From assembly GCF_004010195.1 (NCBI RefSeq), contig NC_057718.1, forward strand, positions 27,401,088 through 27,465,087: a stretch of 64,000 nt of DNA. Direction: 5' to 3'. The notes beneath the pieces are model-generated. The model ran no database searches. It was not told where the DNA came from and worked only from the letters and a program-made list of their open reading frames with translations. Source of the DNA: Chiloscyllium plagiosum (lineage: Eukaryota). Within the stretch, counting starts at the first letter, position 1. Every line of letters begins with the position of its first letter. Positions 50,408-62,242 of the stretch are shown in pieces. A program made the translations under genes and the position numbers.

Positions 50408-52644
50408 CATCAAGTGTGTAGTGCTGGAAAAGCACAGCAGATCAGGCATCATCCGAGGAGCAGGAAAATCGACGTTTTGGGGAAAAGCCCTTAATCAGGA
50501 ATGAGGCTGTGAGGGTGCAGAGAAAAATGGGAGGGTTGTGGGGCTGGGGGGATGGAAGGTAGCTGAGATAGGAAGATAGAGGCGGGGGTAGTGGTGATTG
50601 GTAGGAGAGGAGAATGGAGTGGATAGGTGGGAAGGAAGATGGACAGGTAGGACCGGTCATGAGGGCGGTGCCAAGTTGGAAGGTTGGAACTGGGATAAGG
50701 TGGGGGAGGGGAAATGAGGAAACTGCTGAAATCTACATTGATGCCGTGGGATTGGAGGGCCCTGAGGCAGAAGATGAGGCATTGTTCCTCCAGTCATCGG
50801 GTGGTTAGGGCGTGGCGATGGAGGAGGCCAACTCGAAGACACCACCTCCTATTGCCCCCTCAACCAGGACGTCACCTCCCATCACCAAACCATCATCTCC
50901 CGGACCGTACACAACCTCATCATCTCAGGGGATCTCCCACCCACAGCTTCCAACCTCATAGTTCGGGAACCCACACTGCCCGGTTCTACCTCCTACCCAA
51001 GATCTACAAGCCTGACTACCCCAGCCCACCCATCGTCTCGGCCTCCTCCTGCCCAACTGAACTCATTTCCACATACCTTGATACTGTTCTATCCTCCACC
51101 TCCAAACCCTCCCCCGCCACCCCCCCCCCCCCCCTCCCCCTTGGTCNNNNNNNNNNNNNNNNNNNNNNNNNNNNNNNNNNNNNNNNNNNNNNNNNNNNNN
51201 NNNNNNNNNNNNNNNNNNNNNNNNNNNNNNNNNNNNNNNNNNNNNNNNNNNNNNNNNNNNNNNNNNNNNNNNNNNNNNNNNNNNNNNNNNNNNNNNNNNN
51301 NNNNNNNNNNNNNNNNNNNNNNNNNNNNNNNNNNNNNNNNNNNNNNNNNNNNNNNNNNNNNNNNNNNNNNNNNNNNNNNNNNNNNNNNNNNNNNNNNNNN
51401 NNNNNNNNNNNNNNNNNNNNNNNNNNNNNNNNNNNNNNNNNNNNNNNNNNNNNNNNNNNNNNNNNNNNNNNNNNNNNNNNNNNNNNNNNNNNNNNNNNNN
51501 NNNNNNNNNNNNNNNNNNNNNNNNNNNNNNNNNNNNNNNNNNNNNNNNNNNNNNNNNNNNNNNNNNNNNNNNNNNNNNNNNNNNNNNNNNNNNNNNNNNN
51601 NNNNNNNNNNNNNNNNNNNNNNNNNNNNNNNNNNNNGTTAAAGATGCCCTCCAACGCATCTCATCCACATCCCGCACCTCCGCCCTCAGACCCCACCCCT
51701 CCAACCATAATAAGGACAGAACCCCCCCCCCAGTCCTCACCTTCCAACCCACCAACCCCCGTATACATCGCATCATCTTCCACCATTTCCGCCACCTACA
51801 AACAGACCCCACCAGAAATATATTTCCCTCCCCACCCCTATCCACTTTCCATAAAGACTATTCTCTGCTCGACAGGCCCACACCCTCCCTCTCAGCATCT
51901 TCCGCTGCCACTACAGGAATTGCAAAACCTGGGTCCATACCTCCCCTCTCCCTCCGTTCAAGGCCCCAAAGGAGCCTTCCACATCCAAAGTTTTACTTGC
52001 ACTTCCACATGTCATTTACTGTAGCCGTTGCTCCGGATGCGGTCTCCTCTACATTGGGGAGACAGGACGCCTACTCACGCAGCACTTCAGAGAACATCTC
52101 TGGGACAACCACACCAACCAACCCCACCACCCCGTGGCCGAACACTCTAACTCCCCATCCCACTCCGCCGAGGACATGCAGGTCCTGGGCCTCCCCCATT
52201 GCCACTCCCTAACCACCCGACACCTGGAGGAAGAACACCTCACCTTCCGCCTCGGGACCCTCCAACCTCACAACATCAATGTGGATTTCACCACTTTCCT
52301 CATTTCCCCTCCTTCCACCTTATTCCAGTTTCAACCATCTATCTCAGTACCGTCCTAATGACCTGTCCATCTTCCTTCCCACCTATCCGCTCCACCCTCC
52401 TGTCCGACCCATCACCATTACCCCCACCTCCATCTATGTAGCGCACTATCAGCTATCTTCCCCCCAGCCCCATCCCCCTCCCATTTATTTCACCATCCCC
52501 CTCAGCTCACAGACTCATTCCTGATGAAGGGCTTTTGCCCGAAACATCGATTCTCCTGCTCCTTTGATGCTGTCTGACCTGCTGTGCTTTTTCAGCACCA
52601 AATTCTCAACTCTAATCTCCAGCATCTGCAGTCCTCACTTTCAC
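50408..52644 (+). mobile_element. Penelope-like retroelement (family A) with inverted 5' pLTR, RT/GIY-YIG remnants and 3' pLTR HHR; spans the gap
   Basis: TARFYLLPKIYK (RT); CSRCSGCGLLYIGETGRLLTQHFREH (GIY-YIG); HHR CTGATGA-AGGGC-TTTT-GCCC-GAAAC-ATC at 52521-52548; TSD-like CTATTTGGTTCATCAT / CTATTTGATTTATCAT (50392-50407 / 52645-52660). Confidence 0.9.
51147..51636. other. assembly gap (490 N)
   Basis: Run of N following a poly-C tract. Confidence 1.
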
Positions 52645-53769
52645 CTATTTGATTTATCATGTCTGTACTAGCTGTAAAAGATCCCACTTTCCTGTTTATG
52701 ATCCAGATTGCAGGTTACGGCATTTCAACTATATATTAAGTACTTCTTAAATTTGATTTCTGCCTCTTTCAAGTTTTCAGTCAATTAATTCCAGAACTCT
52801 CTTCCTCTGAGTGGAAAAGAATGCTCTATTCCCTCCTACAAATGATCTTAAATCTATGCCTTCTTACTCACCACTGCAAATTCATATTTATAAACAAGTT
52901 CTTCATTCACTGTGGATTTTTTTCCTCTCCATCTCTAGTTCTTACTTCTTTCTCTCCCTTTCAGTTCACTATTTCTCTCCCTTCCTTTCTCTTCAGCACA
53001 CTCACTCTTTCTGCAAGGAAGTCTCAATCAGAACACGTGCAGGGTTTAATTCTTTTCCATGGATAAACAATTTTACTTTTAGAACCAGTTTCAACAGAAT
53101 GAAATTATTGCTAAGCCAATGAGAAGAAAGAAAAATAGCCTGAGAAAGATACAAAGTCACACTGACCAAGTCAATACACCTGACTTTATTAAAGTTCTCA
53201 ACACGCAATACGTTTTGGCACAGAAAGATGATCAAAGAATAAGTTGCACACATGTGGAATTTCAATACAATCAGCAAAAAAAACTGATTGTATTGAAATT
53301 CTTCTACTAGCTAGTGTTGGTGGATTTTTATTTCAACAAGTAGATTTATTTCGCTGTAACTATAAATAATGCCAGTTTTGACCGTGTCTCTCCCTGAAAC
53401 AGGCAGAACTCCTACCTCTCAAAAAACATTTATAAAGCCAATACATTGCAGGAGGAGGGTTGATGGGAATGAATTTGTTTTCTGGACATTCATTCATGGG
53501 CGCGAGGTAAAAATTAAAAACAAATGTCTGCATTTTTGCAGCAAACGGCATAAGGAATCTATGCAAATACTTTGCAGAGTTCATCTTTAAGACTGCTCAA
53601 GACAGTTTCAAAACACTACTCTAAAATTTAAAGCTTATCATAAATTTTATAATGGAGAAAATGCTCTAGCTTTTATTCATTTTGAAATATTAAAATACAA
53701 TGATTCAATTTCAAGTCTTCAGAGAATCAACAGTTCACAGAGTAACAACAGAATGTCTAAATTTAGAGC

Positions 53770-53955
53770 AAAAGCATAATACTGTAGATGTTGGAAATCT
53801 GAAATAAAAATTGAAATATCTGGAGAAGCTCAGCAGCTGAGGAAAGAGGAATAGATTTAATGCTTTGAGCCTTGAGAACAGTACTGAAGATGAGTCTCAA
53901 GATGTTAACTCTGTTTCTCTCTTCACAACTGCTAACAGACCTGTCAAAATTTATC
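53770..53955. mobile_element. old, degenerate PLE-type inverted mini-element
   Basis: actgtagatgttggaaatctgaaataaaa...ctgaaga...gttaactctgtttctctc...; related fragment at about 37090-37170. Confidence 0.55.
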
Positions 53956-54409
53956 AAATCTCTTTAGACTGACTTCTTTACAGCTCCAGAATAAATAGGT
54001 TAGACGGGTATTCTGCAGAGGTCCAAGACAATTCTGCTTGATATGCAAGAAATATTGGCAATCCATCACCTTAGTGAGGTACAGAAAAATGGATGGTCAT
54101 TGTATCTAACATGATTTCATGCAGAAGTACTGTTCCATTAAAAGTAAAATGAACAAAGGAATAGCCTGCCTGGAAAGCAAAAAGGACACCACTAAGTGTT
54201 TGACAATGAAATTATGCTGAATGTAGTGGACAAGCATCTTATAGATATAGTGATTAATTTGGTGAATGAAGGATAAAAGAACCTCATTCATTGCGTATAA
54301 GGAAGAAGAGTGGTGAATGCAAAAGCTTTGAAAACTGGAACAGGGAAGAGTGAAAAGCTCAGCTGAAAAAAAATTAGCAATCTGAGAGATTGCAGTTTAA
54401 AATTTATCA

Positions 54410-54720
54410 GTTCTCATGCCTCCATCAGTAGAAAGATCTTTTATCCCTTCAGCCTCCACATTCAATGGAGCATCTTACGTAATTTTCATCACTTCAGTGT
54501 AATAGTACAAAACACATCTACATCCTATCCCAATATCAGAACTGCAAAGCAACATTTTGCTTGAAAAGTCTCTGGTCCACTTTTCCAATGCTTCCAGCAT
54601 CATCCCATGCATATGCAGAAAATGCAACATCTGCTCTTTTCCTTCCAATTTCCTCATTGTTTGAAGCCGCAAACACAGCTTTTCAGGTAAAATACCTTGT
54701 GCTTACTTCAATTAAGTGTG
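54410..54720 (+). mobile_element. old Penelope-like RT/EN fragment
   Basis: Degenerate similarity to 51730-51990 (cagcctccacattca...catc...ttcatcacttc). Confidence 0.45.
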
Positions 54721-57420
54721 AGAGATTTTTTTTCCCTACTTGAAGGTAGTAAGGAAAGTACCAGGAATGGGACACATTCACCATTAGATATATTTTCAAA
54801 GTGAAACAAAGTGAAATAATTGAAAGCCAGATCAGATTCAGCAAAATAGAGCACTATGCTGGTAGATAGGGTTTGGTCGGGCTGCCATTCAATGAGAAGC
54901 CAAAAATGATACAGGTAAAGTTCCAGTGGGACTGGATATCCTGGTGAAAAGCAAATAATAATGACAACATATCACGGGGCTTCAGAAGTTTCACAGCACA
55001 GAGATAGACTGAATTTATCAAGAGAGGTTGGACATTAGATGGAACCAGTTTAATAGTACAGGAGGAAACAACGTCTGTTGATAAAGTAGGAACGAGCATT
55101 ATAGAGCTAATGTTCAATAAGTTAGGAGATGCCACAAGAGGCTATTCAGCCCATTATATTTCTTTAAGCAATATCCAGTTAATATAGCTCCACCATCCCT
55201 TCCCAATAAACTGCAATATGTCCTATCTCCTTTTGAAAGTTACTACTGAATCTGACTTCATCATCCTTTCAGGCTGTACATTCGTGATCATCACCACACA
55301 TGGAAAATGTCTCCCCACCTTCCAAGAACTATGATCATTGGAATCCTTTCTCTGGAAGACTTCATTTCCATCTACCAGATTGTCTCTCAGCCTGCTATCT
55401 ACTTGTTTTGGAAAGCTTTTCCTCACCAATGTGACTCGAACACACACACTGCCAACATCCCATTTCAGACTAGAGTATCCATTCTCATTTGCTACTTATC
55501 TGGTCCTGCATTTACATTAAATTTTGTTGTGATAGAATGATGCCATCAAGCAAGTCTTCTCCCTTGGCATGCTGGTCAGAAAAAAGCCTGAATTTTCACA
55601 ACGATGGAGTTGGTCTCCAAAGTGCCAAAATGGTTCTGGAGCCCATTTTCTAAAAGGTCCTGCCTGTAAATCTACTATATATAATTTTTGCCAGTGGTGA
55701 AAGAAACAGGAACTGGTTGTAGCTTCCATTGTTCTTAGAGGGGAAATCGCACAACTTTGCAAATAAGTTCTAAATGTACTGGAGTTTTGTTTAAATTTAA
55801 ATATACTTTTGGAATACTAAAGTTCTCTTCTGGATCAGTTCAGGGCACCTTGGGGAGAAGTAAGGCGCCCTTTGTGACTGATAAAGGTAGACGTGAATGT
55901 GGGTAAAAATTGGATAAACTAAGTGAAACTGTCAAGCTATCCAAGGAAATGTTAAACTGCTAAGGGCATTAAGTCTCCACCCTGTAGTTAAAAGAAACAA
56001 TCTGCAACTTAGAAAAAAAATCAGTGCTTGCTATTTCATTCTGCTGACATAAGCTCCAGGTCTGGATTTGTGCTGCATGGCTGATTTCTAAAAAACATCA
56101 TTACCACATTTTCATTGACAGCTGAGTTCTTGACGTGCATTCGTACAGTGCAATGGTAGTGCCCCTTACTTTTGGGTCAGGAGACCCACTTCTCAGTTTC
56201 ACTTGCTCTCCACATTTATCATAACATTTCTGAACAGATTGATTAAAAATATCAAGAACAAAGATGGAGTATTGTATCAGGCACAAATGGGCAGAAAACT
56301 CTCCTTTTCAGCACCATAATTCTGCCTTGTGGAGATATGAGTAAACATGCTTATTTCTATATTATGTTAGGGGAGTGTTGAGACTTTTTAATCAGTGTTG
56401 AGACTTTTTAAAAACATTGTAGAGTCATGAGTAGACACTTTGGACTTTTTATTTATTTGATCTCAACATAGGTCCTGAATCTGCCTATTGTGGGCACTTT
56501 GAGTTAGCATGGAGAGCTGATTGTCAAATGATAGTGGGTGGAGGATATAGGATGGCATAAAGTTGCCATAGGGGCTATAATGGATTATAGTGTTGAGTAG
56601 CAGGGCATATCTTGGCATAGTCTGTGTTGTGGAGGGACATAACATAGCATGGAAGGAGTGTAAGAGTCTGTTGGCAGTGGAAAGTAGGGTACAGCTTAAT
56701 ATGGACAATATGAAGGCTATGGGGTTGGTGGGTTGAGGGCATGACGTGAGGATATGGGTAACAATGAGGGTTCAGCGTGGTGTATGAGGTGGTATGGATG
56801 AGGCATGGTGAATATATAAGAGCTGAGTACTGATTATGTTTTATTTTGTTTCACAGCTGGGGCAAAGTTCTGGAGCACCAACGGCAGTCTTTCAGGCAGC
56901 CCACTTCTACACCCAGCAGCCCAAATGGTCTCTGAATTTTTTCTAATAATAGAGCACTTGCATTTCATTAATACCCCTACCCAGGAAGAAAAGTTACATC
57001 ACTTCGGAGTCAGGTTTGTGGAGCCAGGGATCTTCCCGACTCTGTCGGATACACGAGCAAAACTTCAAGCCAAACTGCTCCTTCTGCAATGTCCCTAGTC
57101 GCTATGAAATTGAATCAGTGGCAGTATTCTTGCATTTACAAGTGGTATAAAACTCTAGCCTTAAATGTATAATCTAGGGTATTATTTCAGTAGCAAGAAA
57201 ACTCACTGCCAGTGATCCAACATTACAAAATCTGGTTCTTGTAGTTAACTAATTAATATAATTGCGTAAAGAAGCTGCTATTTCTTGATCACAGTGAAGT
57301 CAGTCAAGTGATAGAATACCATAAGAAGAATTAGTACAATGTACTGTGGCACATAATCCATGTATGTTGACAGGGTGTTTCTTCTATTTACTGAAGATCA
57401 AGCATACCATTAACTTCTGC

Positions 57421-57604
57421 TAAAAATCACACAACATCAGGTTATAGTCCAACAGGTTTAAGTGGAAGCACACTAGCTTTCGGAGTGACGCTCCTTCATC
57501 GCTCCAAAAGCTAGTGTGCTTCCAATTAAACCTTTTGGACTATAACCTGGTGTTGTGTGATTTTTAACTTTGTACACCCCAGTCCAACACCGGCATCTCC
57601 GAAT
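57421..57604. mobile_element. Penelope-like pLTR fold-back mini-element with hammerhead remnant (family C)
   Basis: Perfect 13-bp TSD CATTAACTTCTGC (57408-57420 / 57605-57617); 65-nt arms 57421-57485 and 57502-57566; minus-strand GATGA-AGGAGCGTCACTCC-GAAAGCTA. Confidence 0.88.
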
Positions 57605-59113
57605 CATTAACTTCTGCAATATTCATTCTTACTGAAATATTTTGTATGCGAACCAGACATCAGAAAGTCAACAGGACTATGACATTTTGAATCAGTGTAT
57701 TATCCATACGACCGTTTTACTAATTCATAAAACTGTTTTATGATTTCATAATACAAGCATCATTCTAACATCAGCAGTACTGCCTTGAGTTCTAATCCAT
57801 TGTGCCCAATGAACTATTTTGTAGACCACCAACCAAACATTTCTCACACCACAAAGAGACATTTTTTATTCATCTCATTGTAATTAGTGACTTAAAATTG
57901 CTCAAACTTCAGTTTGAAAGTTGCAATTAATGACATCAAGAAGTTCAGACAAATTTCTAATCACATAAATAATGACAGACATAGCCAGAGACTGTTCGTG
58001 TACTATCCATTCACAACCTTTGACTGGTTAGAATCTATGCTTAAGTAGTAAGAACTAATTCTATTCCTTTCATTGCTACTCATCCCATTATCTGAATCTT
58101 ATGAACTCAACAAATTTATTGGTTAATTAAGAAGATATTATCTATTTTCAGACAAGCAAGAATAGAACTGATATACTCAAATAAATTTCATACTGCACTC
58201 CGGAATTGCCTCAAATGCTCTACGTTGCTTGATCTTTCTGATATTGAACAAAATCCACCTTTGCAATCATACGTCTGACCATTTTTCATAATTTCTCACT
58301 TCAAGTCTGACACCTGACACTTTTATTTCCCCCTCTATGTTGACAGGACTAAGTAAATATAAATTGCTGATGTAGAAGATCTTTTTTGACAAGAGAGGTG
58401 GAAGGAAGAAGTAAAGAATCTTCAATTGTCTTTGGGCAAGTGTCAAAATCATCCTAAAATGGAAGGAAGAATAAAAGCCAAGTGGTACTAGCTCATTTTG
58501 AAATCTAGAGCTTCAAGTACTTTATAATACAGAACACCAACTGCACAGACAAGGCTCAGAACTACTCATCTTTTCTGCATTCCTGAAATTCAATGTTTTC
58601 TAAATGAACTGCAATCATATTTTAATTAAGTCACGTAGGACAGATATTAGACTTTTAAATGGGCATTAATCAAAAGTATATCACAAATTAAGTTATAAAT
58701 TGTACTGCAACTGAAAAAAATGAACTCCCAACATAAAATTGTATTTCTTTTTCTGAGCTTTTCCAATTTTTAATATTTGCATTTTACTCTTATTTTTTCT
58801 GAGATGTACAGATCTTGTGGCAAGTGATGAGCCAAACATGTGCCTGCTTACAAGGTTTCTACATCTGATCTGACAGGTAGAAAGACAGCCGGATATAAAT
58901 TTCTTTCTAACTTTATCTCTTGTCATAGGGTTAAATACGTAGTTTCTTCTTCCACCAACCCATAGCAAAAACATAACAGCAGGGAATTGAAAACAATTGC
59001 TGCATGAATCTGCCCATCTACTGGGTATCAGATAACTTCTAAAATAAAAACACGATTTGAAAGAAAAATATAAATACATATTTGCTTGAATGCACTAACA
59101 AAAAAGTTCTCAC

Positions 59114-59203
59114 CTTGTCATATTGGCAAACAATTACATTATCTGTATCGAATAGATCAGGTACCTCCTGTTCACTTACATCATCGCCTGAATTTAAAGG
59201 ATC
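59114..59203 (-). CDS. GTF2A1L: TFIIA alpha/beta-like factor (ALF), penultimate coding exon
   Basis: Minus strand attttgcag|GAT...AAG|gtgaga; 90 nt, phase 0-0; DPLNSGDDVSEQEVPDLFDTDNVIVCQYDK (ALF-type, unlike GTF2A1 EPLNSEDDVSDEEGQELFDTENVVV); splices in frame to 49443. Confidence 0.95.
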
Positions 59204-61054
59204 CTGCAAAATAATTGCATTCAGATTAATTTTGCACCATTAATTACCAAAGATTAATGACAATAACATTTCTGCAAGCTTTATATAAAATTGAAAAAGT
59301 AAACAATTGAAAGACCAAGATTCACAGAACACAACTTTAATAGAAAAAGATAAAGGAAAGGAATTGTATTACTGTCGTGCATTTCATAACCCACAATGCT
59401 TTACTGCCAATGAAATAACCATGAAGTGTGGACAGCAAGCAATGTTGGGAAGAAAGGACAAGGTAAACCTGAAAGTAGCTGGGTGTTGCAAAGCTTCTAA
59501 AATATCAAAACAAACATCTAAACATCTCTTAAAGATTAATGACAGTTGCGAGAAACAAGAAAAAGAGATTAAGAGCAAAACCAACTATACAAAGTAATGG
59601 TTGCAATGGAAAATTTTCTCTAATATACTACTTTTCATTTGACTTGTAGAATTACAGATCAATTAGAAATTTGCAAGGAAACTGAGGTGGCAATGCTTCA
59701 ATGGTCAATGACAAAAAAACAGGCTAATCTCATGGAGACAGTCAAGCTCTGGCCCACAAGATCATTAAAAGCAATTTCAAGATTGAAATGAGACTCTCTT
59801 TCTCTTCAAGCTTCAGAACAGATCCTGTTTCCAGTATAAGGAATGTTACATCAGAAGCTCAAACAGAAGTATTTCTTTCCTCATGAATGGAATCACTGAC
59901 CATTTTGATAATCTGTGTCAGTTTTGAGTCTGCTTACTTAACCAACAGAAATGAACCCAAGCAAGATATCCCCTTATACAGTAACACTCTTGTTGAGCAA
60001 CTGAACTCAAACCATCATGTACTACTTCCTAACAATCTGAGGGGTTAAATAATAATAATGTGTTAAGAATATATGTATCAACAAGGTCGTCTCTCTATAT
60101 TTATCCATTCACTAAAGCTTTTCAGTAATCTCAGAAGGTAATATGCTGTTTTTCAGACAAAGATCTAACCCAGTGCAAGTAAAGATAGGTTAGGCAGAAG
60201 TATGTATTCAGTGAATTTGAGTTAATACAATGAGAAGACCTTGAAAAAATAATCTTAAATCTGAAAATTCCAAACCTGTTAAGGTCTATTTCCATTGTTC
60301 TAAGCATTAGTTATGTTATCAGCCTCTTTCCCTTTGTCAAAAATGGTTAATAAATGCAGGTGACCAACTTGCCTTTGGGGATTTCTGGGAATCAAATTTC
60401 CTTTATAGGTCAGCATTTATTTCTCATCTTTAATTACTCTCAAGCTGATGGCGGCTCACTACCTTCTTTAATCACTACAGTCTTTACACTGGATCACTAC
60501 AACTGCCACTAATATCACCGCTGTTCAAACTATGACATAACTAAATACACAATTATAATACACCAGTAGAACACATTTAGTTCAACTTGTCCCTCTGGTC
60601 CTACATGGGAGGCAGAAAGCCTCTGTTACCGATCTGGATCCATTGCAATCTCTTTCAGTCCAGTCAATGCAGTATTCCGCTCTTGAATTTCCTCAGTGAG
60701 TGTGCAGCAAAAGCTTTTCTTTGTCCATCCCGTCCTTCTTTTTCCAGGTTCAGATGGCTAATTAAGTGTCCTTCTGCCCTCATTTATCTTTCTCTTACAA
60801 TGTTCCATAGATGCTTCTGACCATTCCTCTGCAGCACTTCTTCCTTGATGATGTCTCTCCAAGTGATGCCCAAGACGTTTGGGAGGCAATAGTAATGGAA
60901 AACCTCCACTTGTTATACCTTTTCTCTTCTTTTCCATGTTTCACTGGCACAGACTGCAGTTGGTATTACTATGGACATGCAGCTTCACAGTTTTATGGTT
61001 GTGTTCATGGTGGATACCGTGACCTAATAAAACACAGGGGAAGCTTAAAGGCAA

Positions 61055-62242
61055 AGTCATAGAGTCATAGAAATATTCGGTCCAACTTATCCCAACCCAA
61101 TCTAGTCCCACCTGCCAGCACCTGGCCCATATCCCTCCAAACCCTTCCTATTCATATACCCATCCAGATGCCTTTTAAATGTTGCAATCGTTCTAGCCTC
61201 CACCACTTCCTCTGGCAGCTCATTCCATAGACATACCACCCTCTGTGAAAACGTTGCCCCTTCGGTTTCTTTTATATATTTCCCCTCTCACCCTAAGCCT
61301 ATGCTTTCTGGTTCTGGACTCCCCTACCCGAGGGAAAATACCTTGTCTACTTATCCTATCCATGCCCCTCATAATTTTATAAACCTCTGTAAGGTCACCC
61401 CTCAGCCTCCAACGCTCCAGGGAAAACATCCCCAACCTATTCAACCTCTTCATATAGCTCAAACCCTCCAACCCTGGCAACATCTTTGTAAATCTTTTTT
61501 GGACCCTTTCAAGTTTCACAACATCTTTCTGATAGGAAGGATACCAGAATTGCATGCAATATTCCAACAGCGGCCTAACCAATGTCCTGTACAGCTGCAA
61601 TATGACATCCCAACTCCTGTACTCAATACTCTGACCAATAAAGGAAAGCATACCAAATGCCTTCTTCACTGTCCTATCTACCTGCGACTCCACTTTCAAG
61701 GAGCTATGAACCTGCACTGCAAGGTTCAGCACCACTCCCTAGGTCCTTACCATTAAGTGTATAAGTCCTGCTAAGATTTGCTTTCCCAAAATGCAGCACC
61801 TTGCATTTATCTAAATTAAACTCCAACTGCCACTTCTCAGCCCATTGGCCCAACTGATCAAGATCCCATTGTAATCTGAAGTAACCTTCTTCGCTGTTCA
61901 CTACACCTCCAATGTTGGTCTCATCTGCAAACTTACAAACTCTTCCTCTTATGCTCACATGCAAATCATTTATATAAATGATGAAAACTAGTGGACCCTG
62001 CACCGGTCCTTGTGGCACATCAACAGTCACAGGCCTCCAGTGTGAAAAACAACCCTCCACCACCACCCTCTTCTTCTACCTTTGAGCCAGTTCTGTACCC
62101 AAACAGCTAGTTCTCCTTGTATTTCATAAGATCTAACCTTGCTAACCAGTCTCCCATGGTGAACCTTGTCAAACGCCTTACTGAAGTCCATAAAGATCAC
62201 GTCCACCACTCTGCCCTCAACAATCCTCTTTGTTACTTCTTC
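61055..62242 (-). mobile_element. CR1 LINE 3' part, same family as 41181-44263
   Basis: ORFs 62027-62209, 61704-62066 and 61220-61735 (DFSKAFDKV, KFADET, LVRPLLEYCMQFW); tatgactctatgac tail. Confidence 0.93.

Noticed and set aside
50714..52024. Long ORFs of 187-436 aa
   Set aside because: Artefacts of reading through the N gap inside a decayed Penelope element
56373..56410. Tandem duplication of AGTGTTGAGACTTTTTAA
   Set aside because: Simple two-copy local duplication; no spacer-array structure or other signal
60460..60530. Minus-strand LNSGDIS resembling GTF2A1L LNSGDDVS
   Set aside because: Stops in all three frames; the similarity is too short
60586..61030. Possible RTE-type LINE 3' fragment on the minus strand
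   Set aside because: Too degenerate to assign without a database search
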